A DNA stretch of 64,000 bases from an uncultured Candidatus Binatia bacterium (GCA_965218425.1 OZ244621.1:1568001-1632000); one strand, 5' to 3'. Shown: positions 38,831-49,686, counted from the first letter of the stretch. Program-made: numbers and translations. Notes: generated by a model from the sequence alone, not told the origin.

Positions 38831-39690
38831 AGTACGCGTTTATACGAGCTCACAGCAAAGAGTTTAGGGTGGTGAGGATGTGCGGGGTGTTAGAGGTTAG
38901 TCGAAGTGGGCACTATGACTGGAGCGGTCGAGGGGTGTCTCAGCGTAGCATACAGAATAAGGTTTTGATCACAAAGATCCGTAAAGTGCACGAAACACAC
39001 AAGGAGGGGTACGGAGCAGTCAAGACATGGCTGACGCTGAAAGAGGCGGGAGTGGCTTGTGGAAAGCATGGGGTGGCGAGGCTGAGGAGTTTAGTGGGGA
39101 TAGAGACGCGTCGGGTGCAAAGGTTTCGATTGGCCTACAAGGCTCGTCACAGTGCGCCACCGGCACCGAACTTGTTGCGTCAACGCTTCGAAGCGTCAGG
39201 CCCCGACCAGGTATGGATGGCCGATATTACCTTCATTGGTACCCGATCTGGGTGGTTATACCTGGCGGTAGTGGTGGACCTTTACTCTCGGCTGGTGGTG
39301 GGATGGTCAATGAAGCAACGTCGCACACAGGAGTTGGTCAGTGAAGCTTTACTGATGGCTATCGAACAGCGCCAGCCTATGGCGGGGCTGATTCACCATA
39401 GCGACCAAGGAATCCAATACGCTAGCAATCACTACGTTGAGTTGCTCAAACGCCATGGGGTGGTGCGCAGCATGAGCCGCAAAGGGAATTGCTACGACAA
39501 TGCAGTGGTCGAGAGTTTGTTCAGCTCACTAAAGAATGAACTTGTACACCATCAGGATTATAAGACGAGGCAGGACGCTAGGTCGGATATCTTCGACTAC
39601 ATTGAACTGTTTTATAACCGACGGCGCAAGCACGAGTCGCTGGGATACCACACCCCAACGGCATACGACTCGATCAAACGTGTGGCTTAA
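38791..39690 (+). CDS. IS3 transposase OrfB (DDE), reached by a -1 frameshift
   Basis: A_AAA_AAG slippery site at 38791-38797; the -1 frame is open into OrfB. WMADIT, HSDQG and DNAVVES..SSLKNE. Confidence 0.92.
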   Translation, partial: KKGRSVLCQGAQLKYAFIRAHSKEFRVVRMCGVLEVSRSGHYDWSGRGVSQRSIQNKVLITKIRKVHETHKEGYGAVKTWLTLKEAGVACGKHGVARLRSLVGIETRRVQRFRLAYKARHSAPPAPNLLRQRFEASGPDQVWMADITFIGTRSGWLYLAVVVDLYSRLVVGWSMKQRRTQELVSEALLMAIEQRQPMAGLIHHSDQGIQYASNHYVELLKRHGVVRSMSRKGNCYDNAVVESLFSSLKNELVHHQDYKTRQDARSDIFDYIELFYNRRRKHESLGYHTPTAYDSIKRVA

Positions 39691-40323
39691 TTAACTGTCC
39701 GTGAAACCCGGGTCGGTTCAACTCGACCCCTTTGACCCGTCTCAGAGAGAAATGAACATCGTCCTTGGAAATATCCTCCCGCATGGAGTTTGACCCCCTG
39801 CCGCCAACAAAGGTGACTTTGATCTCCGGGTATTCCTTGTTAAACAAGCGAAATAGTCTCTCATGCGCGCTGCTGCCGTAAACCGTCAACCGCCCTTCCT
39901 CCTCAGCAGCCCGAACCGTTCTGTCCCATGCGTCTTTTCGGTTGGACTGGGCTTCGGCCTTCCCAAGCAGCACCAGAACGATGATGATGCCGAAACTGAT
40001 TCCGATAGAGTCGAGGCTTGTTCTCCAAAGAACCATATGACACCTCCTCGGTACGATGGATAGCGGTTCAGACCACCTTCCATATTACGGCGCCATGGTG
40101 CTGTCAATCGCGTATTTGTTCGGAACCTTGACACCAAACCGATGCGCATGCTATTGCCAAGCCAATTCCCCGAGTTTTTAATCACAACCCGCAAGCACAC
40201 CATCGCATTATCATAAGGAGAGAAGGTGTCCCCGGCTTTCGTTCTATCTCCAACTTCCGTTACCGCAGGCCAACAACAGAGTTGAGGTACCGCTGACACA
40301 AACGCACCTCAAAGGAGAGCCCA

Positions 40324-41586
40324 ATGCTGACTGCAGAAGAGAACGAGCAATTAACCCGAGTCGGCCCCGGCACGCCCATGGGCGAACTCATGCGCCGCTA
40401 TTGGCACCCCGTGGCCACATGTCACGAGCTTGAAGAAAATCCCGTCAAGGCCATCCGTATCCTCGGTGAATCCCTCACCCTCTTCAGGGATCGCCAGGGC
40501 AAGTTGGGCCTCATCGCACAGAAGTGCGCCCACCGAAGCGTTGATCTGAAGTACGGTATCCCCGAGCAAGAAGGGCTTCGCTGTCCCTATCACGGTTGGA
40601 TGTACGACACCACCGGCCAGTGCATCGATCAACCGGCGGAGACCGCTGAGACCACCTTCAAACAGAGGGTGAGGCTCAAGTCCTATCCGGTGCAGGAGCT
40701 TGGCGGGTTGATCTGGACCTACCTGGGGCCGAAGCCTGAACCGTTGCTGCCGCGCTGGGACCTGTTCGTGATGGACAATGCGTTTCGTCAGATTGGCACC
40801 ACGGTGATTCCGTGCAACTGGCTTCAGTGTCAAGAGAACTCCGTAGACTCGGTGCACACCACTTACTGTCATGGCCGACTTGGCCAATACGTATTGGAAC
40901 GCACGGGTTCTAAGGACCCCAAAAAGATCAACACCTATCAACGAATGAGCGCGCCCCATACGATCATTGCCTTCGAGCGGGTTGAGGTGGGGATCCAGAA
41001 GTACCGTCGCCGGGAAGGGCAACCTGAGGACGTGGAGAGTTGGCGCACCGGGCACCCGCTGGTGTTCCCAAATTACGTGCACATTGGGGGTCAGGCTCGG
41101 CGAGAGTTCCAGATCCGGGTTCCCATGGATGACACTCACACCTGGCACTTGGGTTACCATGTCTATTTCCCAGGCAGCGGGGTAAAAGTGCCGAAACAAA
41201 ATCCCGTGCCGTCATTCGAAGTGCCCATAGACGAGCTTCCCGATTTTGTGCTGGGTCAGGACATGCTCTGTTGGGTTGCGCAAGGGGAGATTACCGACCG
41301 GACGGTGGAGAGGTTAGCCGAGACAGACAAAGGGCTCGTTATGTTCCGTAAGATGCTCCAGGAGCAGATCCAAGCGGTTCAAGACGGCGGCGACCCCATC
41401 AACACCTTCCGTGACCCCGCCAAGAACCAGCGTATTAACTTGGAAATGGAGGACTACGGCGGCGTCCGTAACTACCAAAAGGATGGTGTCCGTCACAGCA
41501 ACCTGGGAACTTTTAGCCCGGTACTCGACGAATTGGACCAGCTGATGCTCAAGGGGGCGGAGGCGGCAAAGCGCGCCGGACAATGA
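40324..41586 (+). CDS. Second Rieske oxygenase alpha subunit (same family as 27600)
   Basis: CAHRS...CPYHG, DSVHTTYCH, QD and ERLAETD. Confidence 0.9.
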   Translation: MLTAEENEQLTRVGPGTPMGELMRRYWHPVATCHELEENPVKAIRILGESLTLFRDRQGKLGLIAQKCAHRSVDLKYGIPEQEGLRCPYHGWMYDTTGQCIDQPAETAETTFKQRVRLKSYPVQELGGLIWTYLGPKPEPLLPRWDLFVMDNAFRQIGTTVIPCNWLQCQENSVDSVHTTYCHGRLGQYVLERTGSKDPKKINTYQRMSAPHTIIAFERVEVGIQKYRRREGQPEDVESWRTGHPLVFPNYVHIGGQARREFQIRVPMDDTHTWHLGYHVYFPGSGVKVPKQNPVPSFEVPIDELPDFVLGQDMLCWVAQGEITDRTVERLAETDKGLVMFRKMLQEQIQAVQDGGDPINTFRDPAKNQRINLEMEDYGGVRNYQKDGVRHSNLGTFSPVLDELDQLMLKGAEAAKRAGQ

Positions 41587-41589
41587 CGC

Positions 41590-41613
41590 CACCACGGGCG
41601 TGAGCCCGTGGTG
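41590..41613. terminator. GC-rich hairpin between convergent genes
   Basis: CACCACGGGC-GTGA-GCCCGTGGTG, a perfect 10-bp stem. Confidence 0.55.
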
Positions 41614-41649
41614 CAATGCGAGAACAGATAACTCAAAATTCTTTTGCTT

Positions 41650-42528
41650 CTAACTGGCCGCTAGTGCGTCATAGGAAAAAGATTTGTCTTCCCATATTTC
41701 AGGCCCGCCCAGACCGTGCTCGATGTTCCACTGCATGGTGTCAAACATCTTACCGGTGATTCCACCGCCATCCTGCGAAGCGAGGTATTGCACCAGGGGC
41801 GCTACATGCTCGGGTACCATGGGCTGAGGGCCCCTTCTCGTAGATCCTGCTGCCATGCGCGCACGGTTTTGTTCATCAAATCCAGTGGTTCGAGTGTGGC
41901 CGGGAATAATGATATTGACGGCCACATTGTGTTCTTTCACTTCATCCGCCAGATAGAAGCTTAGGGTTGCCAGGGCTGCCTTGGATGACATATATGGCAT
42001 CTCCCGGCTGTTGGGGCGCAGCGCCATGTAGCCTCCACCGTGGGAATGATGAAGGACACCACTGCTGACGACACTAATAATGCTTCCCTTTCGCTTTTCG
42101 ATCATGGGCTGAATAAAACGTCTGATAACCTTCAAAACACCAAACACGTTTACTCCAAACAGTCTTTCCCAGTCAGAGTCCTTCGTCTGCAGGGTCGTGG
42201 TGCGACCCGCAGGCGGAAAAAGGTCTCGCTGGCGCATGGCCGCGTTGTTGATTAGAATATCCACGGTTCCGAACTTATCCAGAGTGGCCTTATAGGTCTG
42301 GTCGATCTGGGCGTCGTTGGTCACATCCATATCCGCCATCAACACGTTTTTTTCTTGCGCTTGCAATTCTGCCTGAAAATCTTCCGCACCGGCCCATGAT
42401 CTATCCGTGGCCACCACTTTGGCGCCGTCGGACAGAAAGGCTCGCACATAGGCACGTCCCATTCCCCTCGCTCCACCTGTGACCACCACCACTCGATCTC
42501 GAAAGTCGGCTGTAACCTTTAGTTCCAT
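41650..42528 (-). CDS. Short-chain dehydrogenase/reductase
   Basis: TGGARGMG, NNAA, YMSSK and PG. Confidence 0.9.
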   Translation of the reverse strand: MELKVTADFRDRVVVVTGGARGMGRAYVRAFLSDGAKVVATDRSWAGAEDFQAELQAQEKNVLMADMDVTNDAQIDQTYKATLDKFGTVDILINNAAMRQRDLFPPAGRTTTLQTKDSDWERLFGVNVFGVLKVIRRFIQPMIEKRKGSIISVVSSGVLHHSHGGGYMALRPNSREMPYMSSKAALATLSFYLADEVKEHNVAVNIIIPGHTRTTGFDEQNRARMAAGSTRRGPQPMVPEHVAPLVQYLASQDGGGITGKMFDTMQWNIEHGLGGPEIWEDKSFSYDALAAS

Positions 42529-42529
42529 C

Positions 42530-42867
42530 TCAATTTCTCCTTTTGGTTTAAATTTGCTTGCTCCTTTTCTCCTAGTCTCCCTGTCTCTATCTATGTCCTA
42601 ATTCCTCTTTGTGTACTCACTGCTTACTGCCTCTAATCAGTACTGAGGGCTGAGTACTTAGAACTGGAAATTGCTCAGACGCTTTGCGCTTAGCGCCATG
42701 CGCTTTGCTGCTTCCTGGCCGGCGATAATCCGCGGTTAATTTGCCCCGTTCAGATTTCTACCTATCTTCTGTTCTCGTTTCCGTCGCAATCTCGATGCTT
42801 TTATCCCCAATCTAAAATCCAAAATCACAAATCTAAAATGACTTTGTCCCCGTCCCTGTCTGTTTCT
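42530..42867 (-). repeat. Intergenic modular short-repeat mosaic inside an operon
   Basis: On the minus strand: TTTTAGATTTGTGATTTTGGATTTTAGATT, AATTAACCGCGGATTATCGC, GCAAAGCGCATGGCGCTAAGCGCAAAGC, TACTCAGCCCTCAGTACT and GCAGTAAGCAGTGAG. Confidence 0.65.
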
Positions 42868-44601
42868 TTACCTGAGACCCATGCGGAGACCCAAGAATCG
42901 AGCCGTTAAAGCCACACCGGTGCTGATGATAATCATAACCACCGCTACTACTGTGGCACTCTCCCAGTCCGGTGCCACCATATAGTCTAGCTGGAGCAAG
43001 GCCAAAGTCCGCGTCTCCCCCGCGGTCAGCAGGATTATGTTGCTAACGTCCCGCGATGCACCTACGAAGTTCATCGTTGCAATCAACGCAAGAACGGGTG
43101 CTAACAAAGGTATCATCACTCTCCGCATGGTATAGAACCACGACGCCCCTGACAGCCAGGAGGCTTCCTCCAGTTCGGCTCCTAGCTGTAGCATATTGCT
43201 CTTGATAATCTGCACGCCAACGGTCATACCGCTGGTCACGGTAACGAGGATTAGCAGGGAGATGGTCCCGTACAAGGGTTTGAACAGGGTGAGAACGACC
43301 CAGAGAACGCCGAGGCCCATGAGCATCCCGGGGAGGGACTGCGGTAGCCAGGTCATGACATCGAGGATTGCCCTGACACGAAACTGGGTGCGAACTAGAA
43401 TATAGGCTATCAAGGACTTGATAATAACACCCACCACCGCCGCCCCCCCTGCTATAAGAAAAGTATTCTTTACGGAAAGCAAAAAGACGGGGTCGTGGAG
43501 GATACGCTTCCAGTGGGCGAGGGTCCAGGGGTGTTCCATATTGACGTAACCAAAGACCTTCATAAAGGTGCCCACGGTCACGGAGATTATCGGCAGTATC
43601 GCCACAAACAACGCAATCCCCATCACTATTGCAAATACCGGCCACTTTGCGCGGCCGAGAGGCGTCGGTTGGGCTTTGTAGCGTCCCGTGACCGTCTCAT
43701 AACTCCTACGAACCGAGAACTGTCGCTGCAGGATCATGAAGGGGAGCGTGATAAAGAGAACCGATGACGCCAACACTGTGGCCGCACCGTATTCAGGAAT
43801 CTCCGCGTTGACGAGGTCGTAGATCTTGGTCCCATAGACATAAAACCCTTGGGGAATACCCAGGACCAACTCGGTCTCAAAGCTCTGCCACAGCCGGACG
43901 AACCCCAGGAGCGCCGTGATGATAATGGACGGAACCATCAGAGGGACCACCACGTGGCGCAGCGTACCCTTGACTCCTGCGCCGGAAAGACGAGACGCTT
44001 CTTCCATGGTGGCGTCCAGGTTACGAAACGCAGGGATCAAGAGAATGGTTTTGATAGCGATAGCGTTCTGCCCCAGGTGAACCCAGACCAGACCCCAGAA
44101 CGTGTAGATATTGAGAGGCCCTGTGGCCGTGTTGATGAAGGGAAGCTTCCTAAGCGCTTGATTGAGCAGGCCAAAGGACGGGTCTATAAGAACGATCCAG
44201 CCCATAACAACCGATAGGCTTGGCAGGAAGAAAGAGAGCCAAAATTGAAACTCGATCCAGTTCTTCTTAGGGATATCCGTTCGCCCGAGTATCCACGCTA
44301 AAAGGATAGCGGTGGGCCAGCTGATCATGCTAGTGGCGAAGTACAGACGGATGGAATTCCACATGGATAGCCAAACTTCAGAATTATTGAGAGTCGTTCG
44401 CCAAGCGTCCAGCCCCCAGACCGGTGCCTGCCCCGGTCCAGCCAGCTGGAAACTGCTAACGATAAGGAACAGGATGGGCGCCACAACCAGGGCCGCCACC
44501 AGAACAAACGCCACACTGTACAGGGTGGACAGCCCGGGCGTCTCCAGACGCAGGCGCCATGGGAAGAAGTGTTGAACTGCCGTCGCGTTAGGCATGGTCA
44601 C
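42868..44601 (-). CDS. ABC transporter permease, FbpB-like double module
   Basis: Two EAA loops (MEEASRLSGA and LEEASWLSGA) and about 12 TM helices. Confidence 0.9.
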   Translation of the reverse strand: MTMPNATAVQHFFPWRLRLETPGLSTLYSVAFVLVAALVVAPILFLIVSSFQLAGPGQAPVWGLDAWRTTLNNSEVWLSMWNSIRLYFATSMISWPTAILLAWILGRTDIPKKNWIEFQFWLSFFLPSLSVVMGWIVLIDPSFGLLNQALRKLPFINTATGPLNIYTFWGLVWVHLGQNAIAIKTILLIPAFRNLDATMEEASRLSGAGVKGTLRHVVVPLMVPSIIITALLGFVRLWQSFETELVLGIPQGFYVYGTKIYDLVNAEIPEYGAATVLASSVLFITLPFMILQRQFSVRRSYETVTGRYKAQPTPLGRAKWPVFAIVMGIALFVAILPIISVTVGTFMKVFGYVNMEHPWTLAHWKRILHDPVFLLSVKNTFLIAGGAAVVGVIIKSLIAYILVRTQFRVRAILDVMTWLPQSLPGMLMGLGVLWVVLTLFKPLYGTISLLILVTVTSGMTVGVQIIKSNMLQLGAELEEASWLSGASWFYTMRRVMIPLLAPVLALIATMNFVGASRDVSNIILLTAGETRTLALLQLDYMVAPDWESATVVAVVMIIISTGVALTARFLGLRMGLR

Positions 44602-44651
44602 CGATATGAGTTGAACCGTTAACGGTCGCCCTTAACTCTATCGCTAAGATT

Positions 44652-45770
44652 CTATACCAGGACCTGCACGTCGTAAGCCGAGAACTCAATTCTCACTGTA
44701 TTGCCACGCCTAGCCGTAACCGAATTCGGGGCCGACACCTTAAGGGAATAATCCTCGGTCACAACGTTCAGCTCACGGTGGTCGCCTAAGTAGGTGTTCA
44801 TCTCCACCTGAGCCTCAACCCTATTCACAACACATGGCTCTCGGTCCTGCGGTTGACTGTCCGTGGAGTTTACCGTGATCTTTTCGGGGCGAATGACAAG
44901 CAGCGCCTTATCACCGGCCACAAGGGACCGATTCCCGTCTACCGTGCACGCAACTTTCTCGCTTCCAGTCGAAACATAAACCAAATTTTGGGACGGCTTA
45001 GCATCGACAATTTCTCCCCGGATAAAGTTAATGGCGCCTACGAAATCAGCAACAAACTCGCTTTGAGGCCGCTCATACACCTCCCCGGGCGAACCCACTT
45101 GCTCGATCACCCCTGAATTCATAACGATAATACGGTCAGACAGTGCCATGGCCTCAGCCTGATCGTGGGTTACGTAGACTGTCGTTAGACCCGTCCGTTC
45201 CTGTAGCTGTTTGATCTCTGTTCGCATCTGCCCCCGGAGCTTGGCATCCAGGTTGCTCAGTGGCTCATCCAACAGCAGCACTGACGGTTCCATGACTATG
45301 GCTCGGGCCAAGGCCACCCGCTGCTGCTGCCCGCCGCTGAGACGCGTTGCCAATCGGTCCTCGAAACCGTTCATCTCCACCAGTTCCAGCACATCGCGAA
45401 CACGGCGGCGCATTTCGGACTTCCCAACCTTACGGTAACGGAGAGGGTAAGCGACGTTTTCGAACACCGTCATATGGGGCCAGATCGCATAGGACTGGAA
45501 GACCATACCCACGTCGCGCTTTTCCGGGGCCACATGCAATTCGCTCGGCACCGAACTCACCAAGCGCCCGCCTAGATAAATCTCCCCGCCCTGAATTTTC
45601 TCCAGGCCGGCAATGGAGCGCATGGTGGTGGTCTTACCGCAGCCGCTGGGACCCAGCAGAGTAAGCAACTCACCCTGCTCCACGTCAAAGGTGACGTTGT
45701 TAACTGCCGCGACGTTGTCGTAGCGCTTCGTGATGCCCTGCACCCTCACCGCTGGCGTACCGGTGTCCAC
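44652..45770 (-). CDS. ABC transporter ATP-binding protein (FbpC/PotA-like)
   Basis: GPSGCGKTT, LSGGQQQRV, LDEPLSNLDAKLR, VTHDQ and a TOBE tail. Confidence 0.9.
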   Translation of the reverse strand: MDTGTPAVRVQGITKRYDNVAAVNNVTFDVEQGELLTLLGPSGCGKTTTMRSIAGLEKIQGGEIYLGGRLVSSVPSELHVAPEKRDVGMVFQSYAIWPHMTVFENVAYPLRYRKVGKSEMRRRVRDVLELVEMNGFEDRLATRLSGGQQQRVALARAIVMEPSVLLLDEPLSNLDAKLRGQMRTEIKQLQERTGLTTVYVTHDQAEAMALSDRIIVMNSGVIEQVGSPGEVYERPQSEFVADFVGAINFIRGEIVDAKPSQNLVYVSTGSEKVACTVDGNRSLVAGDKALLVIRPEKITVNSTDSQPQDREPCVVNRVEAQVEMNTYLGDHRELNVVTEDYSLKVSAPNSVTARRGNTVRIEFSAYDVQVLV

Positions 45771-45788
45771 TGGTCTTCCCCCCTGAAG

Positions 45789-46919
45789 CTATCTCCTTCG
45801 CAATACTCCCCACTTTTTTATCTTCGCCTGTAGCGCCTTTACTCCTAAGGTGGACGATTCTGTGCTCTGATTGAAATACTTGCCGTCGCGCTTCAGGAGC
45901 CTGGTGGGGTCAGGATCACGGGGCTTGGTATCGAGCCGCCGACTGTTGGTTTCAACGATATCCGCGTACATCTGCTGAAAATCCTTGGACAGGTACCAAT
46001 TGACGAAGACCTTGGCAGCGTTGGGGTGCGGGGCCTTCCTGTACCATCCAATACTGGCGTTGCCACTGCCCCCGCCAGGGTTAATCTTACCGAAGAAGGC
46101 AGGACCGCCAATGACCTTCACATTGGTACCCATCCCCTCTTTCTGCATCAGCTGCAGGGTATTATTGCTCATCCCTATGGAAATGGGTTTCGTGCACGAG
46201 ACCACCCAGTCGGTCATCTGCCGGTAATCCCGCGAAAAGGTAACGGCCTGCTTTGTGAACACGTTCTTCAGCCACTCCTCCCCTTGGGCCAAACTTAAGA
46301 CCCAGGTGCTTCGACTGCTGCTCCCGGGCCTGGTGGGGTCGTACCACACGATTTTTCCCTTGAACTCGGGATTTATGAAATCTTTGGCGCTGTTGAACTT
46401 CCTTTTCGGCACGCATTCCCGGTTCGCATAACCCAGGGTGGCTCCGGCAGTCCCAATGGCGGCATAGAAGATACTCTTTGCGTCATCCATGAAGCCGGCA
46501 TCAAAGCCATGGATCCAATACTTATCCTCGAAACTTTCTGGAATGATCAGCGCATCGCGCAGCGGCGCCAGAGCATTGATGGCCTTGAATACGAAGACGG
46601 TGGGATTGGTGGAGGCCAAAATGATATCCCAGTTGAATATGCCCACGCGCCGCTCCCTTGCTACCTTGGAAACGATCGTGCTTCCCCGGGCACCGGTGTA
46701 CCTCAACTTGATGTCCGGGAAGGCCTTCGCCCAACCCTCAGTGATGGCCCTTCTTTGATAGGCCCCTGGAGGGCCGGAAACGAAGACCGTACCTTCCTTA
46801 CGGGCTCCAGCAAGAACCTTGTCCCATTCCTCCTGCCACCCCGACTTGGCGGGTGAAGCCGTGAACAGGATCAGGGCCATTAGAATCATTAGGTTCAACC
46901 ACCGTGTGTCATTCTTCAT
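45789..46919 (-). CDS. ABC substrate-binding protein (iron/polyamine cluster)
   Basis: Signal peptide from MKNDTRW after GAGGGGG, WDKVLAGARKEG and APHPNAAKVFVNW. Confidence 0.85.
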   Translation of the reverse strand: MKNDTRWLNLMILMALILFTASPAKSGWQEEWDKVLAGARKEGTVFVSGPPGAYQRRAITEGWAKAFPDIKLRYTGARGSTIVSKVARERRVGIFNWDIILASTNPTVFVFKAINALAPLRDALIIPESFEDKYWIHGFDAGFMDDAKSIFYAAIGTAGATLGYANRECVPKRKFNSAKDFINPEFKGKIVWYDPTRPGSSSRSTWVLSLAQGEEWLKNVFTKQAVTFSRDYRQMTDWVVSCTKPISIGMSNNTLQLMQKEGMGTNVKVIGGPAFFGKINPGGGSGNASIGWYRKAPHPNAAKVFVNWYLSKDFQQMYADIVETNSRRLDTKPRDPDPTRLLKRDGKYFNQSTESSTLGVKALQAKIKKWGVLRRR

Positions 46920-46950
46920 TTTAACCCCCTCTTGTTTCTTCTGATCATCC

Positions 46951-48402
46951 TTACGGCAAGCCGAACTCCTTCCAGCGACTGGCGGCTTTGTCCGTAAGCT
47001 CCTTGCGGACCTTATTGACCGGTGGAAACTTGGCTTCCTTGAAACGCATGGTTGCGTCGATACCCATCCCGCGGCTTGGCAGGTCAAAGTCCACCTCACC
47101 CCTGGAATGCTCGGCCCGGGGAAAGACCTTACCCATGAAGACGTCCTTCTCAGGCTCTGCAGCGGAAACAACTCTCCACATGACCTCTCCCCAGTCCCGG
47201 ACGTTACATTCCTCATCCACAACGATTATCCATCGCCATGCTTCCGTGTTCCAAATGGCATCCATAATGCGCTTTGGGTCGTCTTTATCGCGTATCTCGG
47301 CCGAGACGATCAACATCCCATGACGCCCAACCTCAGGGAAATAGACCTCCTTGATGTTGGTCATCCCGCTCTTTTGTATGACTCGAGCCTGGATGGAACC
47401 CGATCTGAGTAACTGGCGCGGATAGTCTTCCACGCGCTGACAGATCAACCCGTAGTTGATGGGATTCTTGCGGTGGGTTATGCATTTGATCTTGATAACA
47501 AAGGCCGTTTTGTTCTCCCCGTAAAACCCCGTGGATTCTCCATGAGGCCCTTCTTCGGTCCTCACGTTTGGGAGCACCTCCCCTTCGATGATCATTTCAG
47601 CGTGGGCTGGGACCAGCAGGTCGCTGGTCTCACACCGCACGAGCTCCGTAGGAGTACCCCTCCATCCAGCCGCCGCTTCATATTCCATGGACCCCTCCAC
47701 GCCGTCAGCACCGGGACGCACCGGACTCCCCGAGGCCAAGGTGAGCAGTGGGTCCATTCCCATAACAATGGCAACGGGGGTTGCTCGCCCCTCCTTCTCA
47801 TTGTCCAAGATATGGTCGCCGCCACCCGGGCCCGTTGATGAATTGCGACCGCGGGTCCCACCCGACAAGGAGAGGGTCTGCTTGTCCTTGAGCATGGCCC
47901 GGTACGAGCCCATGTTCAAAAATCCGGTGATGGGGTCCCGCGTGATAATGCCGGCGGTAGTGCCGAGGTATTGGCCACCGTCCAACTCATGCCAGTGGGG
48001 CGTGGGAATAAAATAGATGTCAATCTCGTCGCCCTTGATGACCACCTCTTTACACGGCCCCGTGGACCCAACCACCGAGGCGATGCGTTGGTTCATTCCT
48101 TCCACCACCCGCTCATGGATCCTCTCTTCATCCGGCTCAGTGTTAAAGGTGATGCCAAGCTGTTTGGTGGAGGAGATGATGTTGGACACCAGCGGCTTAC
48201 CGGGGTAGCCCTTGATGTTTTCAAAGAACAAAGCAGGACCGCCCCTTTCTAGGGACCTAGCAGTAATGGCCCCAATCTCGTCGTTGAGATCCACCTCAGC
48301 CTTAATTCGATGGAGCAGACCGGCTGACTCCAGTAGTTTTAGGTAGTCACGCAAATCCTTATACTGTACCCGCGGTTTATTAGAAGCCATGGCCTTGGAC
48401 AT
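46951..48402 (-). CDS. UbiD-family prFMN-dependent (de)carboxylase
   Basis: DLRDYL...LLHRIKAEVD, DGGQY, NMGSYR, EGPHGESTGFY and MGIDAT. Confidence 0.9.
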   Translation of the reverse strand: MSKAMASNKPRVQYKDLRDYLKLLESAGLLHRIKAEVDLNDEIGAITARSLERGGPALFFENIKGYPGKPLVSNIISSTKQLGITFNTEPDEERIHERVVEGMNQRIASVVGSTGPCKEVVIKGDEIDIYFIPTPHWHELDGGQYLGTTAGIITRDPITGFLNMGSYRAMLKDKQTLSLSGGTRGRNSSTGPGGGDHILDNEKEGRATPVAIVMGMDPLLTLASGSPVRPGADGVEGSMEYEAAAGWRGTPTELVRCETSDLLVPAHAEMIIEGEVLPNVRTEEGPHGESTGFYGENKTAFVIKIKCITHRKNPINYGLICQRVEDYPRQLLRSGSIQARVIQKSGMTNIKEVYFPEVGRHGMLIVSAEIRDKDDPKRIMDAIWNTEAWRWIIVVDEECNVRDWGEVMWRVVSAAEPEKDVFMGKVFPRAEHSRGEVDFDLPSRGMGIDATMRFKEAKFPPVNKVRKELTDKAASRWKEFGLP

Positions 48403-48547
48403 GTTTCACTCTCCCTCTGGATTAATCACCGGCACGCTATCTCCCCCGACCTTGGCTGTCAAGCTCTTTGAGACTGGGGTTTTTTCAAACCGACCCCTCC
48501 GAACGAGCGAGTACGGTCTCAAAACAATTTAGGGTCAGGCCTGGATA

Positions 48548-49190
48548 TCATGAGGGGCACGATGCGGCTCGCGACTTTTCCAATGCGTTGAATCCCGCAA
48601 TAATTACCCCGCCAACGGTTAGCATACAGATCACTGCGGTCCAGCCCTGGCCCAATCCGTAGGAGCTCTCCAGAACTTCCGCTAATTGATTAGCCTGAAA
48701 CAGAGACAGGCAACCCACGAGTCCGCAAACGAAAAACAAAATCGAGAGGATCCGAAAGGGTCGGCCGAGACCCGCCTCGATAAATACATGGGTCCCCCTT
48801 GAACCACGCCGTTTTCGTCCCTTATGCGGTACACACACGCAAGGGTGCAGGTGAAAAATCTGGTGGCCATGCCGACCGATGCCGAGACCCACATCCAGAA
48901 TACGGCTCCCGGTCCACCTTGGGTGATGACCACCGCCACACCGGCAATGTTGCCCATACCGACGGTGGAGGAAAGGGCTGAAAGTGAGTGACCTCTCCCG
49001 GATCGTCTGGATCGTCCCATTTACCAGGCAGGATTTGCCAGGAATGACGAGCAAAACGAAATGGGGTCGATCGGGAGTACAAGGTGAGGAATAGACCGCC
49101 GCCAATCACGAGCAGGATTAGCGGCCAACCCCAGGCGTAGCCCACTGTTACGGACAAGAGGTGATCAAGGCTGATAAGCCAGGTGGTCAA
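48548..49190 (-). pseudogene. Truncated, frameshifted alanine/glycine:cation symporter (AGCS)
   Basis: AWGWPL...GEVTHFQ / ALSSTVGMGNIAGVA...GGPGAVFWMW...GGPMY / LFQANQ, spread over three frames. Confidence 0.8.
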
Positions 49191-49560
49191 AATTCAACCG
49201 ACATGATTTGAAATTTTCCGTCTAATTTCGGATTACCAATCGGAAAAACAACGACTCGTACAAAGGCGCAAAACACGCCAAATTCGGAAAAATTATACTA
49301 ACCGCAGATTTCCGCAGATAAGAGTTCGGACATTTCACCGCAGCGGCGCAGAGAGTTAATTTTTTGTTTGTCGGGAGACGACGACAAACAAAAACATGTC
49401 TCCTTTGAAGCCCTTAGGATCTGACCAACAGCCGTCTCCCGATTGGGCAAAAATTCTCCTCTTAGCGTACTTGGCGCCTTGGCATTTCGGTCCGTAGGGC
49501 CCCCAGCCCGGCGAACACGAAAAACCTCATTGAAGTAGTTCTGTTCGACATTCTATCGGC
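49191..49560. repeat. Intergenic modular short-repeat mosaic with a perfect hairpin
   Basis: CAAAGGCGCAAAACACGCCAAA, TAACCGCAGATTTCCGCAGAT (49299), CACCGCAGCGGCGCAGAG (49336), TTTTTGTTTGTCG...CGACAAACAAAAA and CTTAGCGTACTTGGCGCCTTGGC. Confidence 0.65.
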
Positions 49561-49686
49561 GAGAACCTGAGATTATACACCCCCATAATGGAGGGGTTAT
49601 TGAATTGCATTCTGGACTGATTTAGGCTCTGCATGCAAGCGACGCTGCTGACGCATTCCATGTTCGAGAGATAAGTCGTAGGAAAC

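Larger units (their letters stand above)
38478..39720 (+). mobile_element. IS3-family insertion sequence, 1243 bp, apparently intact
   Basis: TG...CA ends, 25-bp inverted repeats with 19/25 identity, and a 3-bp target duplication ACT (38475-38477 and 39721-39723). Confidence 0.95.
38386..40036 (-). pseudogene. ABC substrate-binding protein remnant, internally deleted and interrupted by IS3
   Basis: Removing the IS and one ACT restores ...VGGRGS|NSMREDISKDD...KGVEYLFTARPEWMDM...ARKK*. The N-terminus resembles the SBP at 45789. Confidence 0.75.
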
